From Planctomycetota bacterium (GTDB taxonomy: Bacteria; Planctomycetota; Planctomycetia; Pirellulales; UBA1268), in contig VGZO01000004.1 of assembly GCA_016872555.1 (NCBI GenBank), positions 76,725-140,724 of the forward strand: DNA of 64,000 bases, read 5' to 3'. Below, piece after piece: positions 36,814 to 47,330 of the stretch. Every line of letters starts with the position of its first letter. Position 1 is the stretch's first letter. Below the pieces are notes generated by a model. The model saw only the letters and a list, made by a program, of their open reading frames with translations, was not told the DNA's origin and did no database searches. The position numbers were made by a program, and so were the translations under genes.

Positions 36814-38550
36814 TCAGGGGAGCTCCCGGATCCGCAGGCGCCGAAACTCCACCGGGGCGCCCTCCGACTCCAGGCACAGGTGCCCCTCGGCCGGCTTGCA
36901 GCCGGTGCCGCCCGAGACCTCGTGGCCGTTGACCCACAGGCGGACTTCGCCGTCGATCGCGCGGATGTAGTAGTGGTTCCACTCCGGCGTGCCGCGCGAG
37001 TGCCGTGCTGAGGGGAAGCTCCGCTTGCCCCCGGGGGCCGCCGGCGGGAACGGCGTCATGTCGGACGAGCCCACCGGAAAGACGTCGCCGTCGGTCGTGA
37101 ACCAGTCGGCCTTCTTGCCCGACGACTTCTCGTAGCGGCGCGTGTAGCCATGGTCGAGGACCTGGACCTCGATGCCGCCGGGCGGCAACCGCCCCGGGGG
37201 GAGGTTTTCGAGCACCGCAGGCGGCGCCCAGAGGAACACGCCGGAATTGCCACCGTCGGTGAGGTGGCGCCATTCGAGCGACATTTCCAGGTTTTTGACC
37301 TGTTTCTTCGTGCGGATCACCCCCACGGGGCGGCCGGTGCAGTGGACGAGACCACCGGTCCATGTCCACGTGCCCGGCTCACCGTTGACGTTCTCGAAGT
37401 CGTCGGCCCCGAGGTCGCGCCAGCCGGGCCCGGAGCCCTCGAGCGTGGGCAGTTCGCGGAGGCAGACGTTGCGCACGCGCATCGGCGCGCCATGCGTCTG
37501 GATCTGGATCGGCCCGGTCGCGGGGAGCGGCTGCCCCTTGGCGAAGAAGTTGGCAAGCGGGGCGTCGTCGACGACGAGCCGGCCGTTGAGGACGACGGCG
37601 ACGCGGTCGCCCTGCATCCGGATCCGCATCGTGTTCCACTGGCCGGTGGGAGCGTCGGCGCGGACCAGCGGGAACCGCCCGGGAGTGTCGCCGGGGTTGT
37701 TCCACAGGCCGCCCGACCCCTTGTCGCCGCCATGCTTGAAATCACGCTCGCAATCCGGATCCCAGATCTGCACCTGGGGATTGCCGCGCAGGTAGATCCC
37801 GCTGTCGGCACAGGCGTCGGGCAGCAGCCACTCCAGGTGCAGCTCGAAGTCGCCGTAGTCGCGGTCGGTGGTCAGGAACACCCCTTCTCCGTCGCTGACG
37901 ATCTCCCCCCCCTCGACCTTCCAGTGACGGGCCAGATCGGCGTTCCACTCCGCCTGCTTGGCGGTCCGGTCGGCGGCGGAGAGCGCTGCCTCGGCGGCGG
38001 GATCGAGGTGCGGGCGACCGCGCCAGCCGGCCAGATCGATGCCGTTGAACAGCGGTGTGAACCCCGACGGCACGAGCGGCTGCGGCATCCGCGCCGACTG
38101 CCAGGCGAGGAACCGCCACCGCCCCTCCTCGAGGCGCCATGTGGCCAGGTAGGAGAGGACGTTGTCGATCATCCCGGTGGGGGAGTCGACCCGGAACCGG
38201 GCCTTGCCCGACTCCAGCGCGATGGTGTCGGTGGGGAACGTGAACGAGCGGTCGAGTGTCTCGATCGCGAGGTACTTGCTCCTCCCCGACGCGATCAGTT
38301 CGAGCAACGACGCGCGCGTGTCGACCGAGCCGTTGGAGTGGGCGTAGCGGAGATCGGGGGAGAGGTGGTCGGCCAAGGCCTTCGGGTCTGCCGACACCAT
38401 CGCGGCAATCCGGGCATCGGCTGCCTGCGTGACCGCCGCCATTCGCGGATCGGCGGATTCCTGCGCTGCGGCGACCACCGCGACGAGGCCGAACACCAGC
38501 GGCGCGAACACCGTTCCCCGCGGCACGCGGGAAGCGTCGACGTGGGCCAT
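36814..38550 (-). CDS. NTF2/SnoaL-like domain + two tandem DUF1080 domains
   Basis: N-terminal DUF4440-like segment (LRYAHSNGSVDTRASLLELIASG...WRLEEGRWRFLAW). Two DUF1080 units follow (GFTPLFNGIDLAGWRG...MRVRNVCLREL and GWRDLGADDFENV...VEFRRLRIREL). Confidence 0.75.
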   Translation of the reverse strand: MAHVDASRVPRGTVFAPLVFGLVAVVAAAQESADPRMAAVTQAADARIAAMVSADPKALADHLSPDLRYAHSNGSVDTRASLLELIASGRSKYLAIETLDRSFTFPTDTIALESGKARFRVDSPTGMIDNVLSYLATWRLEEGRWRFLAWQSARMPQPLVPSGFTPLFNGIDLAGWRGRPHLDPAAEAALSAADRTAKQAEWNADLARHWKVEGGEIVSDGEGVFLTTDRDYGDFELHLEWLLPDACADSGIYLRGNPQVQIWDPDCERDFKHGGDKGSGGLWNNPGDTPGRFPLVRADAPTGQWNTMRIRMQGDRVAVVLNGRLVVDDAPLANFFAKGQPLPATGPIQIQTHGAPMRVRNVCLRELPTLEGSGPGWRDLGADDFENVNGEPGTWTWTGGLVHCTGRPVGVIRTKKQVKNLEMSLEWRHLTDGGNSGVFLWAPPAVLENLPPGRLPPGGIEVQVLDHGYTRRYEKSSGKKADWFTTDGDVFPVGSSDMTPFPPAAPGGKRSFPSARHSRGTPEWNHYYIRAIDGEVRLWVNGHEVSGGTGCKPAEGHLCLESEGAPVEFRRLRIRELP

Positions 38551-38832
38551 GGAATCACCCTTTCCGGTGGGGAGCGGCACGCCCTCGGCACCGGGCCCCA
38601 CGTTGGCGTGGACCCGGATCGTGGACAGAACCGCGAGCGGCAGCCATCGGCCGGCCGGCGGGCAGCCGACCGGTGTTCCATAGCGGGCCTGCGCGGCCCG
38701 GTGCTGTCAAGCCCCCGGGGGGGTTGCGAGGTGGTCAACGCAACCCACGCGGCGACTTGAACCGCTCCCCCACCGGCGTTACCTTCTGACACACTTGTGA
38801 ATCTGGGAAGCTTGGGGCATTTGCACCAAATA

Positions 38833-38896
38833 AAAGGCGTGGCGTTTCGGGGAAACAGGTTCCCCGGGCTTCGCCGTTCCCCCGATTAACGCCTTT
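38833..38896 (+). promoter_or_regulatory. Candidate structured 5' leader upstream of the collagen-like gene
   Basis: Nested complementarity: AAAGGCGT(38833-40)/ACGCCTTT(38889-96) encloses GGCG...CGCC and GGGGAA-acagg-TTCCCC. The region is locally AT-richer and ends 30 nt before the ATG at 38927. Confidence 0.25.
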
Positions 38897-38926
38897 CCCT
38901 TCTGGTTGCGAGAGGTCTGCACACCC

Positions 38927-40609
38927 ATGGCACGCCGCCAACTTCCTCCGATCCATCGTCTGCTCGGTGTCATCGACGACTCGCCGAGCCTCCCCGGCAA
39001 GGGGGCAGTGGGCGACGCCTGGTTCGAAGAGGCAGCCGGCATCCTCTGGATCTGGGACGACGCGCACTCCAAGTGGGTGGACCTCGGTCGCCTCCACAAG
39101 GCCTCCCCGGGTCTGATCGCCAGCCTCGGTGAAGCGTTTGGCTTCGGCGGCGCGAGCGAAGGAGCCGCTGTCGCGGGGGCCCGCGGCCCGCAGGGTGAGC
39201 GCGGTCCCGCCGGCCCGCAGGGTGAGCGCGGTCCCGCCGGCCCGCAGGGTGAGCGCGGTCCCTCCGGCCCGCAGGGTGAGCGCGGTCCCGCCGGCCCGCA
39301 GGGTGAGCGCGGTCCCTCCGGCCCGCAGGGTGAGCGCGGTCCCGCCGGCCCGCAGGGTGAGCGCGGCCCGTCTGGCCCGCCGGGCCTCGACGGCAAGCCA
39401 GGGCCGATCGGACCGGCCGGAAAGGACGGGCTGCCGGGGCCCGCGGGAAAGAACGGTCTCGACGGCAAGCCAGGACCGGTCGGCCCTGCTGGCAAGAACG
39501 GTCTTGATGGCAAGCCCGGGCCGGTTGGACCCAAGGGCGATCGTGGGCCCGCTGGGCCAGTGGGTCCGGCTGGCAAGAACGGCCTCGACGGGAAGCCAGG
39601 ACCGATTGGACCTGCTGGCAAGAACGGCCTCGATGGCAAGCCGGGTCCGATTGGACCTGCTGGTAAGAACGGGCTCGACGGGAAGCCAGGGGCGATCGGC
39701 CCCAAGGGCGATCGCGGCCCAGCCGGACCGGTCGGCCCAGCTGGCAAAAACGGCCTCGACGGCAAGACAGGACCGGTTGGACCGGCTGGCAAGAATGGCC
39801 TCGACGGGAAGCCCGGGCTCCCGGGTCCCGCGGGTGCCAAGGGTGAACGTGGACCGGCGGGCCCCGCCGGCAAGGATGGTGCGCCGGGGAAGAACGGCCT
39901 CGGCGGGAAGCAGGGCCCTGCAGGTCCGGCGGGCAAGAATGGCGTCGACGGCAAGGCGGGCCTCCCCGGACCGGCCGGTGCCAAGGGCGAGCGCGGTGCA
40001 GCCGGAGCACCCGGCAAGGATGGAAAGCCGGGTCTGCCTGGCCCAGCCGGAGCCAAGGGAGAGCGCGGCGCTGCCGGCCCCGCTGGCGCGCCGGGGAAGA
40101 ACGGCGTCAACGGCAAGGATGGAAAGCCGGGCCTCCCCGGCGCCACCGGCGCCAAGGGAGAGCGCGGCCTCGCCGGCTCGAAGGGGGACCGCGGCGAGCA
40201 GGGTCCGGCTGGCCCTCCGGGCCCCGCGACCGGCACCCGGTCGAGCGGTCACCGCGAGATCACCGGGCTGATGTCGTTGCCGAACGGCTCGAAGGTCGAC
40301 CGCGTCCTCCTCCACCGGGTCGGTGACACGGTGGAACTTGCGCTCGAGGGGCTGTCGAGCAAGAAGCAGCTCGACCGCGTCCTCGGCAAGGTTCCGGCCG
40401 GATTCCGTCCGACCAACGACCAGAGCCTGGTGACCTGCGACGGCAGGTTCAACCATCTCCGCGTCGACGTCCATGGCGGAACGGGCGCCGTTGCGGTGGC
40501 CCAGCCGAAGGGCGCTGCCGAGCTCGGCAAGACCTCGACGGCCCTCGTCTGGCTGACCAACGACGAGTGGCCGAAGACGCTGCCGGGCCGCGAAGTTCGC
40601 CGCCGCTGA
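38927..40609 (+). CDS. Collagen-like triple-helix repeat protein with non-collagenous N- and C-terminal domains
   Basis: 117 uninterrupted Gly-X-Y triplets (about 39176-40234). They are flanked by an ~83-aa N-terminal domain ([26 protein letters not shown]) and a 124-aa C-terminal domain. No signal peptide is evident. An alternative TTG start lies at 38906. Confidence 0.85.
   Translation: MARRQLPPIHRLLGVIDDSPSLPGKGAVGDAWFEEAAGILWIWDDAHSKWVDLGRLHKASPGLIASLGEAFGFGGASEGAAVAGARGPQGERGPAGPQGERGPAGPQGERGPSGPQGERGPAGPQGERGPSGPQGERGPAGPQGERGPSGPPGLDGKPGPIGPAGKDGLPGPAGKNGLDGKPGPVGPAGKNGLDGKPGPVGPKGDRGPAGPVGPAGKNGLDGKPGPIGPAGKNGLDGKPGPIGPAGKNGLDGKPGAIGPKGDRGPAGPVGPAGKNGLDGKTGPVGPAGKNGLDGKPGLPGPAGAKGERGPAGPAGKDGAPGKNGLGGKQGPAGPAGKNGVDGKAGLPGPAGAKGERGAAGAPGKDGKPGLPGPAGAKGERGAAGPAGAPGKNGVNGKDGKPGLPGATGAKGERGLAGSKGDRGEQGPAGPPGPATGTRSSGHREITGLMSLPNGSKVDRVLLHRVGDTVELALEGLSSKKQLDRVLGKVPAGFRPTNDQSLVTCDGRFNHLRVDVHGGTGAVAVAQPKGAAELGKTSTALVWLTNDEWPKTLPGREVRRR
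39185..39373 (+). repeat. Seven tandem 27-bp units (GGCCCGCAGGGTGAGCGCGGTCCCGCC) encoding GPQGERGP(A/S)
   Basis: Units 1, 2, 4 and 6 are identical. Units 3 and 5 differ by one base (GCC to TCC). Unit 7 differs at its 3' end. Confidence 0.95.
39383..39816 (+). repeat. Diverged ~45-bp coding repeats ([11 protein letters not shown][V/I]GPA units); coordinates approximate
   Basis: At least eight GKNGLDGK(P/T)G units at the protein level. They show synonymous nucleotide divergence, so they are older than the 27-bp array. Confidence 0.8.
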
Positions 40610-40615
40610 TTCTCG

Positions 40616-40653
40616 CGTCCCTGGTCGACGGCCCAGACCGTCGACCAGGGACG
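40616..40653. terminator. Strong hairpin between convergent genes (bidirectional terminator candidate)
   Basis: CGTCCCTGGTCGACGG-cccaga-CCGTCGACCAGGGACG: perfect 16-bp stem, 6-nt loop, no clear U-tract. Confidence 0.5.
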
Positions 40654-40722
40654 GCGAAGAAGCGAGCTGCCGTGTCAGCGGAGCGGCATTCTCGCCGTTA
40701 CCAGAGCGACGACCTCCGCCGA

Positions 40723-41754
<1,032 letters not shown>

Positions 41755-41817
41755 CGCGTCCCCTCCGCTGCCGTGCCCCGCTCCGGCCCGGCGCACCGGC
41801 GCCGGGCGCCACGCGGC

Positions 41818-43857
41818 TCACGGGAGCCGGTGGAGGACGAACCCCTCGATCGCCTCGTACTCCGGCAACCCGAGCTGGTCGTAGACCCGGGCGGTGTGCC
41901 GGTTGCGGTCCTCGGCCCGCTGCCAGAACTCGCGCGGGTCGGTCGGGCCGGGAAACAGTGCCCGGTCCTTCTGGCTCTCGTGCTTGAAGATCGCCATCCG
42001 CTTGCGGACGACCTCGTCGGGCGACAGCGGCACCGCCATGTCGATCTCGTGCGGCTCCCACTCCTGCCACGCCCCGCGGTACAGCCATAGCTCGCAGCCC
42101 TTCGCCCACTCCCGCTCGGCGAGCCGACCGAGGGCGCCGAGGATCGCCGACAGGCAGACCCGGTGGGTTCCATGGGGATCGGACAGATCCCCGGCGGCGT
42201 AGATCTGATGCGGCTTCACGACGTCGAGCAGGCGCGCGGTGATCTCGATGTCTTCGGGGCCGATCGGCTTCTTCCGCACCCGCCCCGTCTCGTAGAAGGG
42301 GAGGTCGAGGAAGTGGATCCGCTCCGCCTTGACGCCCGAGAGCAGCGCCGCGGCCCGAGCCTCGGTCCGACGGATGAGGCCCTTGACGACCTGCAATTCT
42401 GGGATGTCGACCGCCCCCGGCTGCTTGTCGCGGAGAAACGCCCGGATCCGCTCGGCCACCGTGCCGACCGCAGTGCCGGTCCCGAACGCACGGCAGAACT
42501 CCTCGACGAAATCCACGTGGCGATCGGCCGATTCGTCCCACACGGCGATGTTGCCGCTGGTCTGGTAGGCGACTTGCACCTCGTGCCCCTGCTCGCAGAG
42601 GCGGATGAACGTGCCCCCCATGCTGATCACGTCGTCGTCCGGGTGCGGGCTGAAGACCACGACCCGCTTCGGGAACGGATCCTCCTCGGCGGCGATCTCG
42701 CGGACGACGTCGGCCACCGGCACGCTGTCGAACGTGCCCCCCGGAGGCCGGCGGACGCGCCGCGCCCGCCCCGGCTTGCCGCCGGGCCACCCGGTGATCG
42801 TCCCCTGCATCGCCCGGAAGACGGCGATGTTGATGTCGTAGGCCCGGCCCCGCTTGGAGAGCAGATCCTGGAGGCCGTGTTGGTTGTAATCGCGGTCGGT
42901 GAGCTTGAGCAGCGGCTTCTCGAGCTGCAGCGCCAGCCTGATCACCGCCTTGCGGACCAATTCGTCGGTCCAGGCGATGCCGAGCAGATCGAGCGGGCCG
43001 ACGAGCCACGGCGCTTCGAACCGGGTGAGCCGCCCGGCCGCGGCCCGGTCGAGCACGAACCGCGCGTCGGAGTGCTGCTGCAGCGCGCTGGCGGAGACGT
43101 GGGTGTTGAACGGCTCCTCGACGGCCCGCCGCACGATCGGCGCCTTGTGCTCGCCGAACGCCAGGAGCACGACGCGGCGGGCATCGAGGATCGAGCCGAC
43201 GCCCATCGTGATCGCCTGGCGCGGGACGTTCCACTCCCCGAAGAAGTCGCTGGCGGCGTCCGACCGGGTGACGCTGTCGAGCGTGATCAGCCGCGTCCGG
43301 CTGTCCAGCGCGCTACCCGGCTCGTTGAAGCCGATGTGGCCGGTGCGGCCGATTCCGAGGATCTGCAGGTCGATGCCCCCGGCCTCGCGGATCGCCTCCT
43401 CGTAGCGCTGGCAGGCCGCGGCGACGGCGCCGCGGTCGAGCGTCCCGTCGGGGATGTGGATCGCCTCCCGGGGGATGTCGACATGGTCGAAGAGATGCTC
43501 GCGCATGAAGCGGTGGTAGCTCTGCAGCGCCTCGGGCGCCATCGACCAGTATTCGTCGAGGTTGAACGTCACGACGCTCGCCAGCGACAGCCTCTCCTGG
43601 CGGTGGAGGCGGACCAGCTCGTCGTAGACCCCGACTGGCGTGCTCCCGGTGGCGAGCCCGAGGACGGTCCGCCGGCCGGCGCGGCTCCGCTCGGCGATCA
43701 GGTCGGCGATCTCGCGGGCCACCGCCCGGCTGGCATCGGCCGGCTGCTCGTAGACGGTGACCGGCACGCGCTCGATCGTGCCCCCGGTCGCCGGTGCGAC
43801 CTGCGACAGCGGGCCGTGATAGATCGGGCGGACGGACGTCGTCGGTCCCTCGTGCAT
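41818..43857 (-). CDS. nagB: Long-form glucosamine-6-phosphate deaminase (NagB domain fused to LmbE/PIG-L-like domain)
   Basis: GAGGAGG RBS. LGLATGSTP, FNLDEY, LGIGRTGHIGFNEPGS. C-terminal VVVFSPHPDDDVISMGG. Confidence 0.85.
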   Translation of the reverse strand: MHEGPTTSVRPIYHGPLSQVAPATGGTIERVPVTVYEQPADASRAVAREIADLIAERSRAGRRTVLGLATGSTPVGVYDELVRLHRQERLSLASVVTFNLDEYWSMAPEALQSYHRFMREHLFDHVDIPREAIHIPDGTLDRGAVAAACQRYEEAIREAGGIDLQILGIGRTGHIGFNEPGSALDSRTRLITLDSVTRSDAASDFFGEWNVPRQAITMGVGSILDARRVVLLAFGEHKAPIVRRAVEEPFNTHVSASALQQHSDARFVLDRAAAGRLTRFEAPWLVGPLDLLGIAWTDELVRKAVIRLALQLEKPLLKLTDRDYNQHGLQDLLSKRGRAYDINIAVFRAMQGTITGWPGGKPGRARRVRRPPGGTFDSVPVADVVREIAAEEDPFPKRVVVFSPHPDDDVISMGGTFIRLCEQGHEVQVAYQTSGNIAVWDESADRHVDFVEEFCRAFGTGTAVGTVAERIRAFLRDKQPGAVDIPELQVVKGLIRRTEARAAALLSGVKAERIHFLDLPFYETGRVRKKPIGPEDIEITARLLDVVKPHQIYAAGDLSDPHGTHRVCLSAILGALGRLAEREWAKGCELWLYRGAWQEWEPHEIDMAVPLSPDEVVRKRMAIFKHESQKDRALFPGPTDPREFWQRAEDRNRHTARVYDQLGLPEYEAIEGFVLHRLP

Positions 43858-43888
43858 CGTTCTTCCTCCTCGATGGTCCCGACGCCGC

Positions 43889-45271
43889 TCAGACGAGCTT
43901 CGTCTTCCCCGGCACCGCGATCGGCGTCGGGGGAATCACCGGGCCGAACTCCCAGGTCGGGGGCGCGAGGTCCTCCTTCGACGCCCAGAGTTGCTCCCAG
44001 GTGACCGGCTGCCCGGTGTAGGCGCTCATCCGCGCCATGATCGCCATCGCCGTGCTGTTGGTCATCCGGTCGCCGTCGTTGAGCGGCTTCCCGTCACGGA
44101 TGCTCTTGAACAGCTCGTCGTGCTCCTGCTGGTACATGTCGTTGCGCTCCACCTCGCTCTCCCAGGTGGTGCCGCCGAGGACGATCTTGTGGACCCCACC
44201 GAAGCCGTTGACCAGGGCGTGGCCGGTGGCTCCGATGACGAAGTCGCTGTTGTCGTTGGCGGCCCCGGGGAAGTGGCGGCACATGTGGAAGCCGCGGCGC
44301 CCGCCGGAGTATTCGAACGTCGCCCCGAAGTGGTCGAAGATGTTGTTGCCCACCGGGACGTCGGGGCGCACCTCACGGCCGCCGGTGCATGTCACCGACA
44401 GCGGCGGCTCGTCGGCCATCGCCCAGGCGATCTTGTCGATCGCGTGGACCGCCTGCTCGACGATGTGATCGCCCGACAGCCACGTATAGTAGGGCCAGTT
44501 GCGGATGTAGTACTCGAGGTCGCTCCAATCGGGCTGCCGGGGATTCTCGCCGCGGAACCCGGCGGCGTTGTAGGTCGTGTAGGTGGCGCGGACCGGGCCG
44601 ATCGCCCCCTCGTGGATCCGCCGGTAGACGTCGCGTTCGCGCGCCGAATAGCGCCAGCAGAAGCCGGCGACCAGTGACCTGTCCCCCTTCTTCGAAAGCG
44701 CGACGGTGTCGCGCACGCTCCGCAGCCCGGCGGCGTCGACCGCCATCGGCTTCTCGCAAAAGACGTGTCGCCCCGCCTTGACCGCCTCCGCCAGATGGGC
44801 CGGGCGGAACGCCGGCGGCGAGGCGAGGAGGACGACGTCGCAGGAATCGATCACCGCCTGGTAGCCGTCGAGGCCGGTGAATTGCCGCTCCGGGGGGCAG
44901 TTGAAGCGCTCCTTGTAGGCGGCGTCCTTCTGGACCTTCTCCTCGACCGCACGGGCGAGCACGTTGGCCCCGCTCTGGACGCGGTCGGGAAATGGATCGG
45001 CCAGCGCCCACAGGACCATTCCGGGATCGGCGTTCATCGCCTGGAGGGCAGCGCCACTTCCACGGCCGCCGCAGCCCACGAGGCCGACCTTGACGCGGTC
45101 GCTGCCGGCGACGTTCGCGACCTTGGCGATCGGATCGGCCGCGGGGGAATCGGCCGCGGGGGAATCGGCCGCGAGCACCGTCGCCGCGGTCCCGACCGTT
45201 GCCGCCACCACCCCGAGGGCCCCACGCCGCGACACCGAGCCACCGTCGCCGTCCCGTGCCATGGTCATCAT
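43889..45271 (-). CDS. TAT-exported Gfo/Idh/MocA family oxidoreductase
   Basis: GGGAGG adjacent to ATGATGACCATG (start at 45271 or 45262). SRRGALGVVAATVG twin-arginine leader. VGCGGRGSGA, FCEKPM. Paralogue of 21650..23053. Confidence 0.85.
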   Translation of the reverse strand: MMTMARDGDGGSVSRRGALGVVAATVGTAATVLAADSPAADSPAADPIAKVANVAGSDRVKVGLVGCGGRGSGAALQAMNADPGMVLWALADPFPDRVQSGANVLARAVEEKVQKDAAYKERFNCPPERQFTGLDGYQAVIDSCDVVLLASPPAFRPAHLAEAVKAGRHVFCEKPMAVDAAGLRSVRDTVALSKKGDRSLVAGFCWRYSARERDVYRRIHEGAIGPVRATYTTYNAAGFRGENPRQPDWSDLEYYIRNWPYYTWLSGDHIVEQAVHAIDKIAWAMADEPPLSVTCTGGREVRPDVPVGNNIFDHFGATFEYSGGRRGFHMCRHFPGAANDNSDFVIGATGHALVNGFGGVHKIVLGGTTWESEVERNDMYQQEHDELFKSIRDGKPLNDGDRMTNSTAMAIMARMSAYTGQPVTWEQLWASKEDLAPPTWEFGPVIPPTPIAVPGKTKLV

Positions 45272-45535
45272 CCTCCCGTGCCGGAGCGAGGATCTCGCCC
45301 GCCGAGGCGCCACGGCCACCCTGCGAATCCCACAGGAAGAGGGTATGGTCGCGGTGAAAGTGCCGTCAACCGCCGGCGCCGGGACCCGGCAGCGTTTCCG
45401 TCGGCCAGCCCGCGGGGTTCGACCTCCGGCTTCCCCGGTCGGCCAAGCTCCGTGGTTGCGACCTCCGGCGGCGCCCTCGTAGCATCGCCCCGCCACCGAC
45501 CGGGGCCAGACCCCGGTCCCGCCGGGAGCCGAGCC

Positions 45536-46348
45536 GTGGACGACGACCGACACGCGCCTGTGGTACTCGCCATCGGCGCCCATCCCGACGACATCGAGTT
45601 CCACTTCGCCGGCACGCTGCTGTTGCTCGGCCGTGCAGGCTGGCGGATCCACTGCCTCAACATCTCGGGGGGCGACTGCGGCAGCATGGTGGCCGACAAC
45701 GCCGCGACCCGCCGGATCCGCGCCGCGGAGGGGCGTGCCGCCGCCGAGATCCTCGGCGCGACGCTCCACGACAGCCTCGCCGACGACCTGTTGATCTTCT
45801 ACGGCGAGCCGCTCTTGCGCCGCGTGGCCGCGGTGGTCCGCCGCGCCGCCCCCACGATCCTCCTCACCCACGCGTTGTCCGACTACATGGAGGACCACAT
45901 CACCACCGCGCGGTTGGCGGTGACCGCGGCCTTCGCCAGGGGCGTGCCCAACTTCCGCACCGATCCGCCGCTCCCCCCGGTATCGGGCGACGTGACGATC
46001 TACCACGCCATGCCCCACGGCCTCCGCGATCCGCTCCGCCGCGCGGTCTTTCCCGACCTGTTCGTCGACACCGGCGCCGTCCACGACCAGAAGCGCCGGG
46101 CGCTGGCGGCGCACGCCAGCCAGAAAGACTGGCTCGACGCCACGCAGGGGATGGACAGCTACCTCGCCTCGTGCGACCGGATGTCGGCGGCGCTCGGCCG
46201 GCTCTCGGGGCGCTACGCGCTGGCCGAGGGGTGGCGGCGCCATCTCCACGTCGGCTTTGCCGCCCGCGACGGCGACCCGCTGGCCGAGGCACTCGGGCCA
46301 GACCTCTGCCATCCCGGCCCCGATGATCCGCCCCCCGTCGAACTGTGA
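45536..46348 (+). CDS. PIG-L/LmbE family N-acetylglucosaminyl deacetylase
   Basis: GTG start inferred. [23 protein letters not shown] motifs. Confidence 0.75.
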   Translation: MDDDRHAPVVLAIGAHPDDIEFHFAGTLLLLGRAGWRIHCLNISGGDCGSMVADNAATRRIRAAEGRAAAEILGATLHDSLADDLLIFYGEPLLRRVAAVVRRAAPTILLTHALSDYMEDHITTARLAVTAAFARGVPNFRTDPPLPPVSGDVTIYHAMPHGLRDPLRRAVFPDLFVDTGAVHDQKRRALAAHASQKDWLDATQGMDSYLASCDRMSAALGRLSGRYALAEGWRRHLHVGFAARDGDPLAEALGPDLCHPGPDDPPPVEL

Positions 46349-46406
46349 GCCGCTCCATCCTCTCTCCATCCCCCCACCTCATCCCTGCCCCCCGAGGACC
46401 TTGCCG

Positions 46407-47330
46407 ATGTCCCGCGCACCGAGCCGGATCGCCCCCGAGTGGTGGGACTACACGACGCTCCCCGCCGAGTTGATCCGCGACGCCGCGCGGCTCACCGTCG
46501 ACGACGTGCTCGGGCTCTCGCGCCCCGGATTCACGGTCGTGATGCACGACTCGCTCGAGGAGTTTTACGTCGCCGAGGCGCTCGAATACGTCGCCGCCTG
46601 GCAGCAGGCGACGGCCGCGGAGCCGGTCGGGATCTGCGGGCCGATCGGCCCCACCGAGCAGCTGCCGCTGGTGGCGCGGATCGTCAACGCGCTGGAGATC
46701 GATCTTCGTCACGCCCATTTCTGGGGGATGGACGAGTGGTACGAGAACGGCCGCCCGGTGCCGACCTCCCACCCGCTGTCGTTCGAGCGCGCCGACCGCG
46801 CGCTGTGTTTCGACCGGATCCGGGCCGACTTGCGGATGCCGGAGGCCAATCTCCACTTCCCCACCGACATCGCCGCCTACGTGGCCAGTTGGGACCACGG
46901 GAGGTGCGCGGTGATGCAGGGGGGCCAGGGGGACATCAAGCACTGGGCGTTCAACGACCCGCCGCGGCGCCGCCCCGGCGAGGCCGAACCGCCCCCGGCC
47001 GCCGAGTACCGGAAGCTCGGGACGCGCGTCGTCGAGCTCCACCCGGTCACGCTGGCGCAGAACGCCCGGACGAGCGGCGGCGGCAACATCACGATGGTCC
47101 CCCAGCAGGCGATCACCGTCGGCCCCGCCGAGACGTGGCGCGCCGACAAGGTCTCGATCTGGCACGCCGGGATGCACGACAACCCGCTCGGCCAGCGGCT
47201 GACGGCGCTGATGGTCTCCAAGAAGATCGTCGATACGGCCGTGCCGATGTCGCTCCTCGCCGACCATCCGTGCGTGCAGTTCAACTACGTCCGCGGCGGC
47301 CTGGGCAGCTGCGCCGTGGAAATGCACTGA
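46407..47330 (+). CDS. Glucosamine-6-P isomerase/6-phosphogluconolactonase-superfamily protein (divergent NagB-like)
   Basis: [34 protein letters not shown] resemble the NagB/Pgl fold but are divergent. Confidence 0.65.
   Translation: MSRAPSRIAPEWWDYTTLPAELIRDAARLTVDDVLGLSRPGFTVVMHDSLEEFYVAEALEYVAAWQQATAAEPVGICGPIGPTEQLPLVARIVNALEIDLRHAHFWGMDEWYENGRPVPTSHPLSFERADRALCFDRIRADLRMPEANLHFPTDIAAYVASWDHGRCAVMQGGQGDIKHWAFNDPPRRRPGEAEPPPAAEYRKLGTRVVELHPVTLAQNARTSGGGNITMVPQQAITVGPAETWRADKVSIWHAGMHDNPLGQRLTALMVSKKIVDTAVPMSLLADHPCVQFNYVRGGLGSCAVEMH

Noticed and set aside
38811-38826. Sigma54-like sequence TTGGGGCATTTGCAC upstream of the collagen-like gene.
   Set aside because: The GG-to-GC spacing is about 7 nt rather than the required 10 nt, so it does not fit the -24/-12 geometry.
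39185-39816. Regularly spaced direct repeats that could be mistaken for a CRISPR array.
   Set aside because: The repeats are contiguous with no spacers and in frame. They encode Gly-X-Y collagen triplets. No cas genes are present.
38735-40474. Long minus-strand ORFs (579, 485 and 346 aa) and a second plus-strand ORF (39129-40271) across the collagen-like gene.
   Set aside because: These are frame and antisense echoes of the GGN-CCN-NNN periodic sequence, giving Pro/Arg/Ala-rich translations. Only the Gly-X-Y frame has proper flanking domains, a start context and a terminator.
38551-40722. Prophage or tail-fibre context for the collagen-like gene.
   Set aside because: No capsid, tail, integrase, terminase or lysis genes and no att-like repeats are present on either side within the window. 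Phage ancestry of the gene itself is kept only as an open possibility.
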